Assembly: GCF_001194135.2 (NCBI RefSeq)
Contig: NC_068989.1
Span: forward strand, 94,890,600-94,954,599
Direction: 5' to 3'
Length of the DNA: 64,000 nt
Origin: Octopus bimaculoides
Taxonomy: Eukaryota
Shown here piece after piece: positions 38,401-52,210 of the stretch (within the stretch, counting starts at the first letter, position 1; every line of letters starts with the position of its first letter). Below the pieces are notes generated by a model. It had not been told where the DNA came from. It was given only the letters and a program-made list of their open reading frames with translations, and ran no database searches. The position numbers were made by a program, and so were the translations under genes.

Positions 38401-41400
38401 CTAACACTTTGCTACCTTTTCTATTCGTTGTGTAATCCTTCAACGTTCATAATGAGGACGCCTCCCATCGCAATCGAATGAAATAACTACTTCTCAGTTG
38501 TTGAGTTTTTTCTCGCAGAAACTTGTTTTAAGAATGAGAAAATGTTTACGGTACGCATATCTTCCGGTTTTCAGAAAACTCACACGTAGCATATAGGTAT
38601 ATGCCTCGTATAAAGATATAACCATATGTACAAGATATTGTGATCGTCCTTCTATCGATTCCTTGTGAGCCCATTTCTCATATATATTGATCATATATAA
38701 GATCCAGTAATATATTGTGTATGGGTCTCATAACATGCTAAAATATCAGTCAGATCCCTCAAAATACATTCTGCCGTCTTTAAAAATAAATCTTGGATAA
38801 TAGTCGAAAACGCGTGTATCCTCATACAGGGCGGATCAGAAACTCAGTCGGGATTTTCTCGCATTTTATGGCTAACAAACAAGTTGAATTTAGTACAATT
38901 TTTTTTTTTTTGTAAAAGCCTAGTAAATATAGCTACAGGTGATGGGTGTTTATAGTATAAACTTCGTCAGTTGTTTGAGTAAACTCTCCCGAATGTTACA
39001 GTATCAGAAGGAAAAAAGAACATATAAGATTCTGGTTTACTCTTTATATTAGCAACTTTGAAACCCAAATTGGTTTGGGCTTCAAAGAAGTTAATTGTCA
39101 CCAGTGAGATTATTGAGTTGTATTTTGTGAGAGAAATTCTAGTGTCAGCTTATGATAACAGTGACGACTATTATAATATGTTACTAGTTGGCATCAACTA
39201 CTTCAGAAGAAAGAATGAAGCAGATGAATATCATACATTTAAATTGATTAGAAGTGATGTTACAAAAAATAAATTTATTAAAATCACAGTCGACGACATC
39301 GGAAAGAGCATCGCAACCATTTGATTATGTCTTCACGTTTGGAAGTAATAATGAGCATTGAAAAGTCAGACAGTTTTACCATATAATTTGATTAGATACA
39401 GTATACTTTGTTCATAAGATAAATGTTTCCAGTCGGACAGAATAAAATTACTAAATGTGTGTTTGTTCTACTGTCCCAAACACACGTAAGGTGATATGTT
39501 TCATTTCACGGAAATGGCGTGGTTTGGTGTCAGATCGTCGCATTGATTGATTTGTTTAACTGCAGCAAAAGAATAGTTTGCAAGCCTGTTGTTTGTTTGA
39601 ATTATTCAGGAGCTTATATAAAATCGGCAAGGTGTTGAGAGCGATTATCGATCATTCCTTGCCATGTTACTCAGCTATCTTTATTGACACAATAGTATCT
39701 GCATCTATAGACAAACTGTTACTGAATTTAGTTACTATTGCAACAAGTCACATGATGTAGCTGTAAATTCCGAGTGCGCCAAACTGGCAGTCAGACCGTC
39801 TTCAAAATCTATAAAATTCATTTCACATTTTCTATTATACGTCACACCAAACTTAGTAAAAGGTGATCTGCCCAAAAATGAGGACGCACATATCTATCCA
39901 TAACACTTTCTGGCAGATATGAATGAAGGTATGCTAATCGCCATTTTGACTCAGAACAACTTAACCCTTTATATGATAAGAGATGACAACACAATTGATT
40001 CAGAAACTTTGGCAACGTTTGTGACACAAGTATTTCAGCCTCATTGTTTGCCTTTGGTCTACTCCCGGATGTCTGAATCTATACAAGACCTGTGGCTCTT
40101 GTCAATAGAATTCAGCAAGGAAATTATTTATCAGTGCGTGATGGTGTCTGACAGGTTTATAAATTATTATAGCCACGTAAAACAGCGAGAAACCAAACTA
40201 TCATATATATATTCATTTTTAACATTTTCCATCAAATTTCAACATGAATATGTTAACTAATGTTGTAATACACCCACGGAGGACGCCTCCATTCAGACAA
40301 TGTGTATTGATAACGCACACTCGATTCGTTGGTTTTAACGATATTTAAAATATTGTTAAAACTATTTTAGTTGGCGATGTAAATAAACTGCTTTGACTTC
40401 TTCTCTGAGCCCAGAAGGTTTGCAAAGCCATGAGAACAGATCATTTCTTTCAGAGGCACCAGTGAAATGACTTTAATCCAGTAACACAAGTCAACAAAAC
40501 ACACTCGTCAACGACACAATGATTTAAATGAGTAAAGTGTTTCATGTGACTACTATTAAGGACATCATTGACCAGCTTAAAAAGTTTTTGACATGATCAA
40601 ATGGAGTATAATTCAAACAGAAAACACAAGCTGAAAAGTGAACAGACATTCTTCACATTTATCAGCAACTCTCAAAAACTAACGTAGAAAACAAACAATC
40701 TGTTCCGTCGTAAAGACCTGTGAAAAGGAGCTGTTATCAATTTCACAATTAACTTTTATATTGATCACAAATATATAACAGGGCAAAGTGCATGTTAACG
40801 AATTACATGCCATTTAACATTAGTATGAATTATTCAAACAGTAAAATCAATTACTAATCTTCTGCAGTTTCATCAGTGACGAAGTTTGATGCATTAGTAC
40901 AAAGGAAATTAACCAGATTTTATATCAACATCCAAGATTACATCTGAGATTTTTAAGCATTCGAGTTTCTTCGGTGCTGACCTATTGGCTGGAAGGTCAG
41001 AGTATCTTATCGGACAGCGAGTCTCAATACATTCATCATTTGCATTGACAGTAACTTTTCAATTTTCAAATATTGCATATTTTTTCTTTTATCATCCGAA
41101 CTAGTTTAGATTTCGACAGAATATGATTCTAGTGTTAGATACACCAAATGAAAAGAAAATATTTAAATCTTTAAAGTTGCTCCTATCACCTAATGAATTA
41201 TAAGACTCTGGCAGGAACTAAATGAAAAACAAAGTAATATAATGCATAATCCAGCATTCTATCATTTTAATCTATTTTTCATGCCAAGGGTATTTTCGAT
41301 TTATCGGGTTTTAGTATTTAAAAACCGAGAACGAAAATGAATTTCATTCTCCTTTTTCGAATAATCAAAAACTCCTGTTTGAAATCTACGATTCTCAAGC

Positions 41401-42104
41401 TTGAAGAGGGAAAAGGCATTTTCACATATTAAATGTTTTCTTTGGTAACAATTTCTTCTTATTATAATTAGCAGTTTGAAAATCAGTTGCCATATGACAG
41501 CAGCAATTTCCTTAGCATTTTCGGCAAGTTGGAAACATAACATTTTGTCTTTGAAGAGATTTTCCAGTCAGTTGTTTGTTCTAGGCACAAACCTTTGCTT
41601 GAAATTTCAAGAGATTCTGTCGTACATTTTTCTCTTACAGACTTCATCTAATGTCCAGTTTGAAAATACTACCTGCACCTGGCTGGCTTTAGTAAAATCA
41701 CTTCCTTAGTGAACAGTCGAACAGTCTCTGTGGTTGGCAACATACACTTTTTCTCCCACCTGTCACAGCAGCTCTCCCAACAGGTCCGAGATGCGCCATT
41801 CTTCCTTCCACTTAATCATAAAAAAGAAGGAAAAATATAATTAACCAACGTCTTAACGAAGATAGTATAAAAATTCACGAAGCTTGATTACTTTGATATT
41901 AATCAGCCAATTTGTATCTTTATTAAAGATAATGCGTATCTATTATATTTGCACCCCTCTACATCTCACCTACTTTCTGTAATCGTTTATTCATCAAATT
42001 GTAACTATGTACGTCAATCAAATCTTTCTGTCTCATTTCATTCAATCTAAAAAAACATCCTAATTCAACGTCTTTATTTAATGAAGTCTACTGATATACT
42101 ATCG

Positions 42105-42156
<52 letters not shown>

Positions 42157-42251
42157 NNNNNNNNNNNNNNNNNNNNNNNNNNNNNNNNNNNNNNNNNNNN
42201 NNNNNNNNNNNNNNNNNNNNNNNNNNNNNNNNNNNNNNNNNNNNNNNNNNN
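42157..42251. other. Assembly gap (N) inside (TA)n
   Basis: Run of N. Confidence 1.
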
Positions 42252-42286
<35 letters not shown>

Positions 42287-44171
42287 TGCCTAATGTCGCG
42301 CTTCTCAAATTTACTGCTATAAACTATATTAGCGCGACATGGTTGAGCCAATGGTAAACGTCTACCAGGCAGTTCGACTTGCGTGAAACAACAGGCGAAA
42401 CTCCTTTAAATCCATCCTACCTCTTCCAAATCAGAAAGGTTTCAATGAATAATATATTCCCCTATACATTATGACGGACATAAAGTAAAATTTAAGCATT
42501 AATTTATTCAATAAATGTTGAGCTGAATTTAAACAACAACGACTTAGAAGAGAAGCGGTTTTGTAATATAACGATCGTCTGCAAACGTCATCGAAAATAT
42601 TATGTTTTCAATATTGCGAAACTGCGAAATTTTTTTAATTCCTAATTAAAACCTTCTAAAATTGATGAATGATTATTATAAGAGAATAGCAGTTCTAATT
42701 GAAACATAAAACTTATATTTGTTTAACAGAGTACTAGGGCTTACTTGTTTCAGCAAGTATTCAACGGCAATTGAGTATTACAAAAGGAAATTAAGTCCTG
42801 CATTGCTGGCTCTCTTAGCAACCCTTACATCCGATTGCCTACGTCAATCGTACGTACTAGTCACATCTTTTTCTCTGAACTAAGGAGAGCTACGCGTGAG
42901 ATAAATGTGAGGGCCACGCAAATAAGCTTAAATTAATCCTAAGAACTGCTTTTGCACATTCTCACAATTCAGGGTCATTTCAATATGCATTTAGTTTTAC
43001 AAGATGATTAGGCTTAACACGGGCCTTTTGGCCTGCTTGGAATTAGGATCGAACCGACTGATCTTATTATTATTTAATTTATGAGGGGCAGCATACCAAG
43101 TTTCTAAAGTGGACCAAATATGATCTACAAATATAAAACAGCTTACTATTTAGTGTTACTTACATTTCTTTGATTCGTAGTCCGACCAGTCGGATTGAAA
43201 CTCATATTTTTTCACTTCCTTTTCCTAAGTTGGTTCTTTTAATATTCGACTGTTTATTGCTCTACGCTCAACAGTTTTCTTTTCAATACTACGTTACTTT
43301 GCAGCTTTTTGTAATAATTTCAGCAAATATTACTTACTGTTAGCTATTATAAGCTAGCCTCCCTCTCCAGTCACTTACAAGTTCTACAAATTTAGAAGGA
43401 ATTCCTCAAACTAAGATCCTTCGATGAAAAGTAATTTACAAAATGAAAATAACTTCTTTCTGCATCTCAACTTTATTTGCAATAGGTATCAGACTACCTT
43501 CAAGGGCTTTGGTATTATTAGGTTTCGCATCGTTGAACAAATAGATTATTTGCATACCTCTTTGATAAATGAAAGATGTTATTTATAAACGGCAAATCAT
43601 AAATCTGCATTAAAGGAATCCCTTTAACAGAAGTTCAGTGATTCCATCAGCTTAATCTGCTCCGTTTATCGACATTTTCATTTGATAACGTAATATTTGA
43701 ATATAAGGAAGAAAATAAGCGTGAATCATATGAACACAGATATGTATGTATATACATACAGTACCGAACATTTATTCGTTGCTCATATACACACACCTAA
43801 CACATATTCCTATCCTCCTCTGATGAACGCAATGCTTCCACAAATAATTGTAAAAGGAACAATCGTCAAAGAAGATATTTAATGACGGAGCAGTTATTAA
43901 CTTCCGCAATCTGGAATCATAAATATGGTCAGGTCACATCGTTATAACCCTATAGATTTAAATGTTAGACGAAGCTTTATACTCAGTTGTACATGACAGC
44001 AGATGATATGCGACTCACATCATAGCACTGTGACCATTGTAAAATATTTAGTTTAAATATTACCACCATCACACATTGTCTGCATCCTTCAAGCAAACGG
44101 AACAGGTTCAAATGAGAGCTACATACACCATTTCTTGCTCATATATAGAATAAATGTGCACACACGCACAC

Positions 44172-44232
<61 letters not shown>

Positions 44233-44356
44233 ATGATGAGGGTGATAAATTGAATATTAATTAGATTAATATCAATTTAAAAGCAGTGGCCTAACATATA
44301 GAACAATCTGAGAATGCAGAAAAATTATATTACTTACGTATAAGAAGGGATGACCA

Positions 44357-44512
44357 CTAAGTGGACATCCATTATGCTAGAAATAGATCGCCTATGATCT
44401 GACCACAAGGAAAAGATTGTTCTGGTGTTTGCTGAATTTTTCTTGAGAACAATCTTTTCCTTGTGGTCAGATTATAGGTGAACTATTTCTAGCATAATGG
44501 ATGCCCACTTAG
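44357..44512. repeat. Inverted repeat, 67-bp arms (44357-44423 and 44446-44512), 22-nt loop
   Basis: 63 of 67 positions complementary by manual comparison. Confidence 0.95.
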
Positions 44513-44652
44513 CGTTATTTCGCCCGTCGCTACGATCTGAGTTCAAATTCCGGAGAGGTCGGCCTTGCGTCCTTTCGGACGTTGAGTATTAGGATCGATG
44601 AGATCGACCTGTACCCTTCCTCAAACTCTGGTCATGTGTCAAAATCCGAGAC
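44508..44652 (+). mobile_element. 5'-truncated SINE family A abutting the hairpin
   Basis: CTTAGCGTTATTTCGCCCGTCGCTACGATCTGAGTTCAAATTCCG. Confidence 0.7.
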
Positions 44653-44828
<176 letters not shown>

Positions 44829-45194
44829 GTCGTCCATCATTAGTTATGCATACATTTCTGCTGATTTTCACAAAAAGTTTCCTTTAAATGTGTTTAGCTG
44901 TTCGACGTATACATCGTAAATCACATTTATGTTTATCTACATGATTTTATGTGCGTGCTGACGAGTGATGTATTGACTCTGTACGAAAATATTTTTACCC
45001 TCGAAATAAAATATTTTTCATGTCGAATCTCTTAAGTATTTTACGTATTAACCTCAACACCAAACATCGTTATTTTAGCTTGGACGTTGTTCAATTTAAT
45101 GTGAGATACAAATGTTAGATCATTTTGTAGAGATTTCACAAAAATTCATTTAATCAGTGTGTGCACGTAACTTCCAAAAAGTATGCGTACATAT

Positions 45195-45670
45195 AAACCC
45201 TGGTATAGCAGTTGAGAAGTTTGTTTTGCAACTAAGTGGTTTCGGGTTCCTTCCCACGGCACGTCACATTGAGCAACTGCTTAGTGGGTATATTCTCCAC
45301 ACTATACAGTTCCTATCTGCACATGGGGTTCTTTCGCAGGGGTATGTTTTAGAGATCAGGAATTTTGTCCCTCGAGCATCCTGCCATCGCGTCCCTCACT
45401 TCCGCCGCCACGATGGCACCTTCGCAGCACGTGTAACAAGTGGCAGAGCACTCCATAGACACGCGTCCCTTAATGAAGTCCTCAAGGAGAGTCAACGTGA
45501 TATAAAATGTGACAAGGCTGGCCCTTTGAATTACAGGTATAACTCATGTTTGTCAGCGGGGTGGACTGGAGTTACATGAAATGAAGTGTCTTGCTCAAGG
45601 ATACAACGCGATGCCAGGAATCGAATTCACGTGGGCCGAATATCCTGATCACCAAGCCACGTGTCTAAAC
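45195..45670. mobile_element. SINE composite: family B head (+, ~45195-45300) followed by a tRNA-type SINE (-, ~45400-45670)
   Basis: GAGAAGTTTGTTTTGCAACTAAGTGGTTTCGGGTTC head; GTGTCTTGCTCAAGGATACAACGCG...GGAATCGAATTCACG...CACCAAGCCACG is a reverse tRNA-like head. Confidence 0.6.
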
Positions 45671-47112
45671 GTGTGTTTAATACGTTCATTGATACACACA
45701 CACAGACACAGACACACACACACACACACACACACACACGTATTGAAATAATGTGGGTAATTCATCAAACAATACGGGTTAGATTGTTTGAGTAAGTCTG
45801 GTCTGTTTCGGAAATGTTTTAGTTACACGTTTGGTAAATGACGTTGGAAAGTTCTTTAAATCGATGAGTATTGAAAGAGAAGTGAAGCTTGTTTTCTGTT
45901 GAAAGGTTAGACAAGTAAACATCAATAATAAATTTGATGAATTCTTCCAGTTGCCTTTCAGTCTTGCCACAAAATATGGCTGGTGTAGAAAATAACGTTT
46001 GTACTTGGTAATAACGATAGCCGTATGTGTAACTCTAAATACTTGTGAAATCGATTCACAGGATGAGTTAATGTATATCCATATGGAAACGAATGATCAC
46101 CGCCACTTATCACTGGCAACTGTAAGCAATATACATCGGATGCAGGTTCTCTGTGCCACGAGTAACAATTGGCATAGTTACTTCAGTCAAGGAAACTGCA
46201 AGTGTTCTACGCCTACCAGAATTATAAAGTTATCTAGGTGAATGTGGATAAATCCGTATATGAAGACAATAGGAGTACAGCGTTTCAAGACTGGAACTCC
46301 TTCAGAGAAAAAAGTTCAATTTTTTTATTACATTTATGCGAGTAATTGTCTTGCAAAAGCATTAACTTAGTAATTTTCTTACCCTACCGTATAAATTTTA
46401 GTCTTCAAGTATTAGTGAAAGTGGGAAAGAGATCAATATTTATGATTGTCTATTTGATGACCCTATATTTGTAATTTCATCACAAGCTAGATCCGACAAG
46501 CCACCAATTTCGCAAGTATGATTGATAACTATGTAAAATAGAAAAGAAAAGTTACCTCTAATATCAAGAAATTATTACAATACAGTTCGATGTAATTTAA
46601 TTGCTGAACGTTTGTTAAATTGGAAGTCGAATTGTTTTTCTTTCGTTCTTTATGTATTTGTTAATGTTAATAATAAATGTCTTCAGATAAAGAAAGCTTC
46701 CGTCAGATATGCGTTTCCTTTATAAATGGGAATGAATAGGAATACTTCCAGTGGTAAAACGGCAGTCAGCAGCTTCTTTTGCCGCTCATATTTTTCTATA
46801 AAGTACTTGCTTCTAGGGCCTTCATTTACATCATTCATCGGGTCAATGCCGCGTACTTAAATTTCCCCATGTGGCAAGAAACCTTCAGTTTATACAAATG
46901 TATATACATGGTTGAAATAAATACAGAAGCTGTTCTACATTTATAGTGAAGTGAAAAGAGGAGGCAGGGAAATGTGAGAGAGAGGGGGAACGAAGAGTGG
47001 AATGAATGAGCGTGAAAGACCTGATAGAAAGAAAGTATAGAGTCGTAACAAGATTTAGATAAATATATACTTACATATAAGAGACCAACGTGTACGTACG
47101 CCGCTATATATA

Positions 47113-47359
47113 TACTCTTTTACTCTTTTACTTGTTTCAGTCATTTGACTGCGGCCATGCTGGAACACGGCTTTAAGTCGAGCAAATCGACCCCAGGACT
47201 TATTCTTTGTAAGGACTTATTCTATCGGTCCCTTTTTTGCCGAACTGCTAAGTTACGAGGACGTAAACACACCAGCATCGGTTGTCAATGTAGTGGGCCT
47301 GAACTCGGAACCATGTGGTTGGTAAGCAAGCTACTTACCACACAGCCACTCCTACGCCT
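47113..47359 (-). mobile_element. SINE family B, well conserved, internally deleted (no microsatellite), inserted in (TA)n
   Basis: Intact head (GGCGTAGGAGTGGCTGTGTGGTAAG...GAGTTCAGGCCC on minus strand) and GAGTAAAA-repeat tail; CTATATATATA on both flanks. Confidence 0.88.
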
Positions 47360-47414
47360 ATATATATATAAAATATAAAATGGGACAACACAAAACATCC
47401 AGCCAGTTAGGTGA

Positions 47415-47553
47415 TACAAAAAAGGGACAACAAAACATCCAGTTAGACGATACAAAGAAAACAAGGAGGGGTCATTCGGAGTTTTCTTTCCTCAGTCGAG
47501 TTCCTTGTTTTCTTTGTATCGTCTGTCTGGATGTTTTGTTGTCTCCTTTTTGT

Positions 47554-47554
<1 letters not shown>
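47415..47554. repeat. Inverted repeat, 53-bp arms (47415-47467 and 47502-47554), 34-nt loop
   Basis: 49 of 53 positions complementary by manual comparison; left arm preceded by a partial tandem copy. Confidence 0.93.
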
Positions 47555-47614
<60 letters not shown>

Positions 47615-50376
47615 TACAAGAAATATAAATATTAAAAATATTACTATCCAGCAAGAATAAAACACCATAAAGTGAAGCTCTACATAGCTTACCGGCTGCT
47701 ATTTCTAGCAATGATCGTACTTCGTGTACATCCGCTTTGTATATATATAAACATAATTCGAACTTTGAAATGGAAACAGCTGAATGGCAAATATTTCATC
47801 AATATGGCATACATAATGCATGTGTGGAGCTGGAAAGTGGGGAACTGCGGTGTCCATCCAGGACAAATCCCTTCATAAATGAATTGTGTTAAAAACAAAA
47901 GCACGATACACTTCAGAGCCGAAATGACCGCGAGAACAACAGATACGTATTTAGCCGAAATTGAATCACCTATTTTGAAGTATATAGAGATATAGACAGA
48001 TATATACATATATAAATATAATATTGCATGTATGTATATGTATGTGAGAGAGATGCAGACAAACAGACTGACTGATAGTGCTGTACACAATACATATATG
48101 TACAGACATATATGCATATATACTCATAGATACATAATGTATATATATATATGGCATTATGTATGCCATATATATATGTGTGTATATGTGTGTATGCGTG
48201 TGTGTGCGAACCCGCGCACAAACATGTATATATTTACATGCATACGCGTGCATGTGTTATGCGTCCAAGCAACGAATGAGAATATACAATGGTAATGGTA
48301 ACGATAAATCTAACGAAGCGAAATGATGGCATTTGCACTTAGTGCAGTCTCTTCTCAGCTGTCATATTGATGCAACACGCCGCGCTGTCATGCTGACATC
48401 TGATGTACGAAACAGCTTTTCCTCTCACCTAACTTTTGGATCATTTTTTAGGAATATCTCGTCTCTCTGGTGTCTTTTCGCTTATTCTTAGCTACATTTC
48501 TCTTACTTTTCTTCTTATGTCTCTGTCTAGAAACGCACCAAAATAAATGATTTATCTTTCCAAACTTTTATTATTCTTTTTTTTTCCCTCCCTCTTTCTT
48601 TCTCTGTCGGAAACATTTTGGAATATTTACAATATTACCCTCTAATATTTGTCGGTTTGTCATTCCTTTTTATGTCTCCGACTTGCTTTAGGTTTTTCTC
48701 TCAGCCTGTATCTCTCTTCTTTTATTTCATGTATTTCAAGGTAGCTTTTTATCTTCCTTTTTCCTTTTGAATTCCTCTCGATTCCCTATCTTTTTATCCT
48801 CTGTCAGCTTGGATTTTGGAAAGCCATACAGGGGCTTTTAGTGGAAAGTTAGTCTTAAATAGCAGTAAAACATCCATTTCTGAATTATTTTATCTCAAAC
48901 ATCTCAGCTCAATCGCGTAGGGCTTCATGTGTGTAATGCCTTCAGTTAAAGAATTTCGACTAAATGAGATTATCTGTGCAATCAGCCGACAATACGTCCT
49001 AAGGATATTTTAAATCTAAAATACGTTGAACAAGGGAGCTAACACCAGTATGATAATTGAAAGTTTTGGAAAATACAGAAAGGCTGTGTAGGAGTGGATC
49101 TCATTAAATCCAACTAGTAAGAACAAGGGACATGTTTCAGTCTTATTGGATTTCTACAACGATTTCTACACTCGGTTGGCAAAACTAAGGATGATCACTT
49201 TATAGAAAGGAATATAAACAATAGAAGTGAAGGAAAACATCTTCCTATTATTTTAATATCATTTAGTCAGAGGAGAAAGCAAGAACTGCTCATGATATTG
49301 TACAATGTCTCCAAGACAAGAAGAAAGCGAAGATGGTATTTTCAAATCGGAGCCTGGTTCAAAGGCTTTCAACGTTTTGGACTCCCCTAAAGATACCTAA
49401 GGTATCAGTCATTGTCCGTCTACTTCCCAGTTAGTCCATGGCAGGGATTTAGACACAGAACACAAAGGGTTGGGACAAATACCAAAAGGTATTCGATTCG
49501 ATGTTCTTAGAGTTGCACTAATCCAACTCACAACACAAGGCAGGAAAAATTGCTGCTTAGCATTTTATCCAATTTTCTAACGGCTCAACCACCTCACCAC
49601 TTTAATTAATAATGTAATAACCCTTTCTAGTCTGGGTACAACGTCTGAAATATTGGCGGATGGAATTATCGTTTATATCCTGAATGCCTATAAGATACAA
49701 TCTCGTATTTCTCCGTTATATTTCTCAAAAGTATCATCTTTTATGACAGTGATCAATCCATTTCCTCTACGAACTTAAATTCCAAATCATCCGTCCCTTA
49801 AGGTGACAAACCCCTAGAACAGAATCTCCCTAAGTTTTATTTTCCTAAAAGCAAATATTCAAGACGAAGTAACCCTATTTATACCAAAGTTCATTTTAAT
49901 ATTTTGTTTGTTAAGCTTTATGTAGAAATTCAAAAAGAAACTATTTGAATTTTATTTCTATTGTGTTTCATATTGTTCTTTTTTTCATATATATATATCA
50001 GCTTTCACCCCACGAAGACATGTGACCTAGCCTTCAATTATTAACTATGAAATCAGGTGCAATCGTAATCAATTCTTATAACACTGAATAGTAAAGAGTA
50101 TTTGATGGAAAAGAGATCATCAATCACGATCAAATTGTAAGAATGAATTTAAAATACTTCTTTTTTTACCCTTCGCATTGATGTATCAAGACAAGCCTTG
50201 TTCACAAAATTGACAACAGATATTGATATTGAGAATGTTAATTCACAAAACTAGATAAACACAGTTTCAAACATCTTTTTGTTATTGTTATCGACAGAAT
50301 ATTCCGTGTCGCATAACACATCTACGAACATCTATTTCATTTCTTAAGTGTGAAAGTTGATATTCATCTGGGTTTA

Positions 50377-50555
<179 letters not shown>

Positions 50556-50954
50556 TTCTCAGGAAAGTAGTTATCGGTTTAAATGTGTGTGTATGTAGGA
50601 TCTTGTGGTTGATGTTAGGTAAAGGAAATGAGGTTCCATACATTTTTTTTTTTTTTCAGAAAGCGAGAACTGAAAATTTACATTTGTCATATAAATTTAC
50701 TACATTGTTAACAAACATTTCTAAATCTGCTAGAAAGAACAGCTAAATATCTTACCATTTCACATTCAACCATCGAGTAACAGAAAGGCTGCATTGGATT
50801 ATGTAGTCCTAGATATATTTATGTCTGAAAGAAAGACAACGAGATGTCTGCTCGCTCTGGGCTGACCTGCAGCTGAACAACTACTATAATAAGACGCATC
50901 AAGGGCAAATTTAGATTCGATTATAATGGTTGTTGGAATAGTGACTAATATTGG

Positions 50955-51390
50955 TTTCAAAATTTGGTACGAGGCCAGCAATTTCAGAGAAGGGGTTAGG
51001 TCGATTACATTGCCCAGTACTCAACTGGTACTTATTTTATCGACCCTGATGATGACAGGCAAAGTCGACCTCGGCAGCATTTGAAAACGTAAACACGAAC
51101 GAAATGCCGCTTAGCATTTTGACCGGCACAGTAACGACTTGGCCAACTCACCAACTTATTATGGTGACTTCATAGTGTTTCTAAAACAAATACAAAGACT
51201 GGGATCTGTGGGAGAGGAACAGACGGTTGCCTGTAAATCAGTTCTGGACTGGTATTGTATTTTTCTTCATCCCCAGAGAGATGAAACGCAAAAGTGATAT
51301 TGGAAAGATGCGAATCCAGAACGTAAAGTGTAGAAAGAATTACTACGATTCAGTCCAACTCTTTCACGTTTCCTCCCACTTCACCGCCTT
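50955..51390 (-). mobile_element. Two tandem SINE family A copies (50955-51160 and older 51180-51390)
   Basis: CAGTACTCAACTGGTACTTATTTTATCGACCC...GGCAAAGTCGACCTCGGC; second copy ends TTCACCGCCTTT. Confidence 0.7.
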
Positions 51391-52081
51391 TTAGGATAAT
51401 GACTAATATTCCGATTAAACCAAATAGAATTAAATGACTAGTGTGTTAACAGTCGTTCATTACGTTGCTATTATAGAACATATCTGCAGGATTTTAGCCA
51501 ACAGCGAGCTTTACGCCCATTATAAACAATTCGCCCTAATAAAACAATGTTGCTACAAAACGAAACAGTTAACAGACCAATAATTTAATACCCGATCCCA
51601 CTGCCAAGTAAGCGTTAAATTTATGCAAATTGTTCAATCCAGTTTGCTTTAACCTGAAATTTTATTGGATTTATAAGCAACGTTTCTGTAGTTAGTCAAA
51701 GATGGCCGTCAGCGGCTGATGAAGATTCAAACGAAAAAAGAGAGAGAGGCTTGAATTGTATGAATAGCTGCGCCATCTTTTATGCACAGATATATATTGT
51801 GCACATGAATTATTTACAATTGTCGTAAAGAGGAAAAAACTATCGATGTGTGTTTTAGTACATTATAGTGAAGAATGCTATTTTTTCAAGAATATCAATT
51901 TCTAAGTGATAAATATTGTACGTCGATGCTGAAATCAGAAGAGAGATTTCTGTATTAGATTACATAACAATACCATATTTTTCTGGAGTTATGAATGGCG
52001 CTTCGGTTCTAGTATGAACACAGTGCCTGGTTTAAAAAACATTACAATATTCATTTTTGCAGCCAATTTTGTTTTTCTTTG

Positions 52082-52210
52082 AAGTACCTAGGATGAAGTG
52101 ATGAAGACTGACCTGAACATGCTGAACCTCGCTAAAGAGATGATTCAAGGTTGCGTCGATTGGTAACATAACGTTCTGGAGAAGACCCGGACATCGGTGC
52201 AAGCATGGCA
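52082..52210 (+). mobile_element. RTE-like LINE 3' end fragment
   Basis: Encodes *DEVMKTDLNMLNLAKEMIQGCVDW*HNVLEKTR, resembling the RTE C-terminus (W.E.V..DL...L..E...DR..WR). Confidence 0.55.

Noticed and set aside
39058-40260. 88-aa and 113-aa protein-like ORFs on +
   Set aside because: No recognisable motif; several ORFs of this length are expected by chance in six frames of 64 kb. Not called as CDS.
45157-45579. 140-aa ORF, the longest without simple repeats, gaps or transposase overlap
   Set aside because: Runs through two SINEs in opposite orientation; their higher GC content explains the lack of stops.
51540-51700. Octamer ATGCAAAT with adjacent Sox- and Hox-like sites; also a single CRE at 15219-15226
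   Set aside because: Short AT-rich motifs are expected by chance at this window size; no conservation data.
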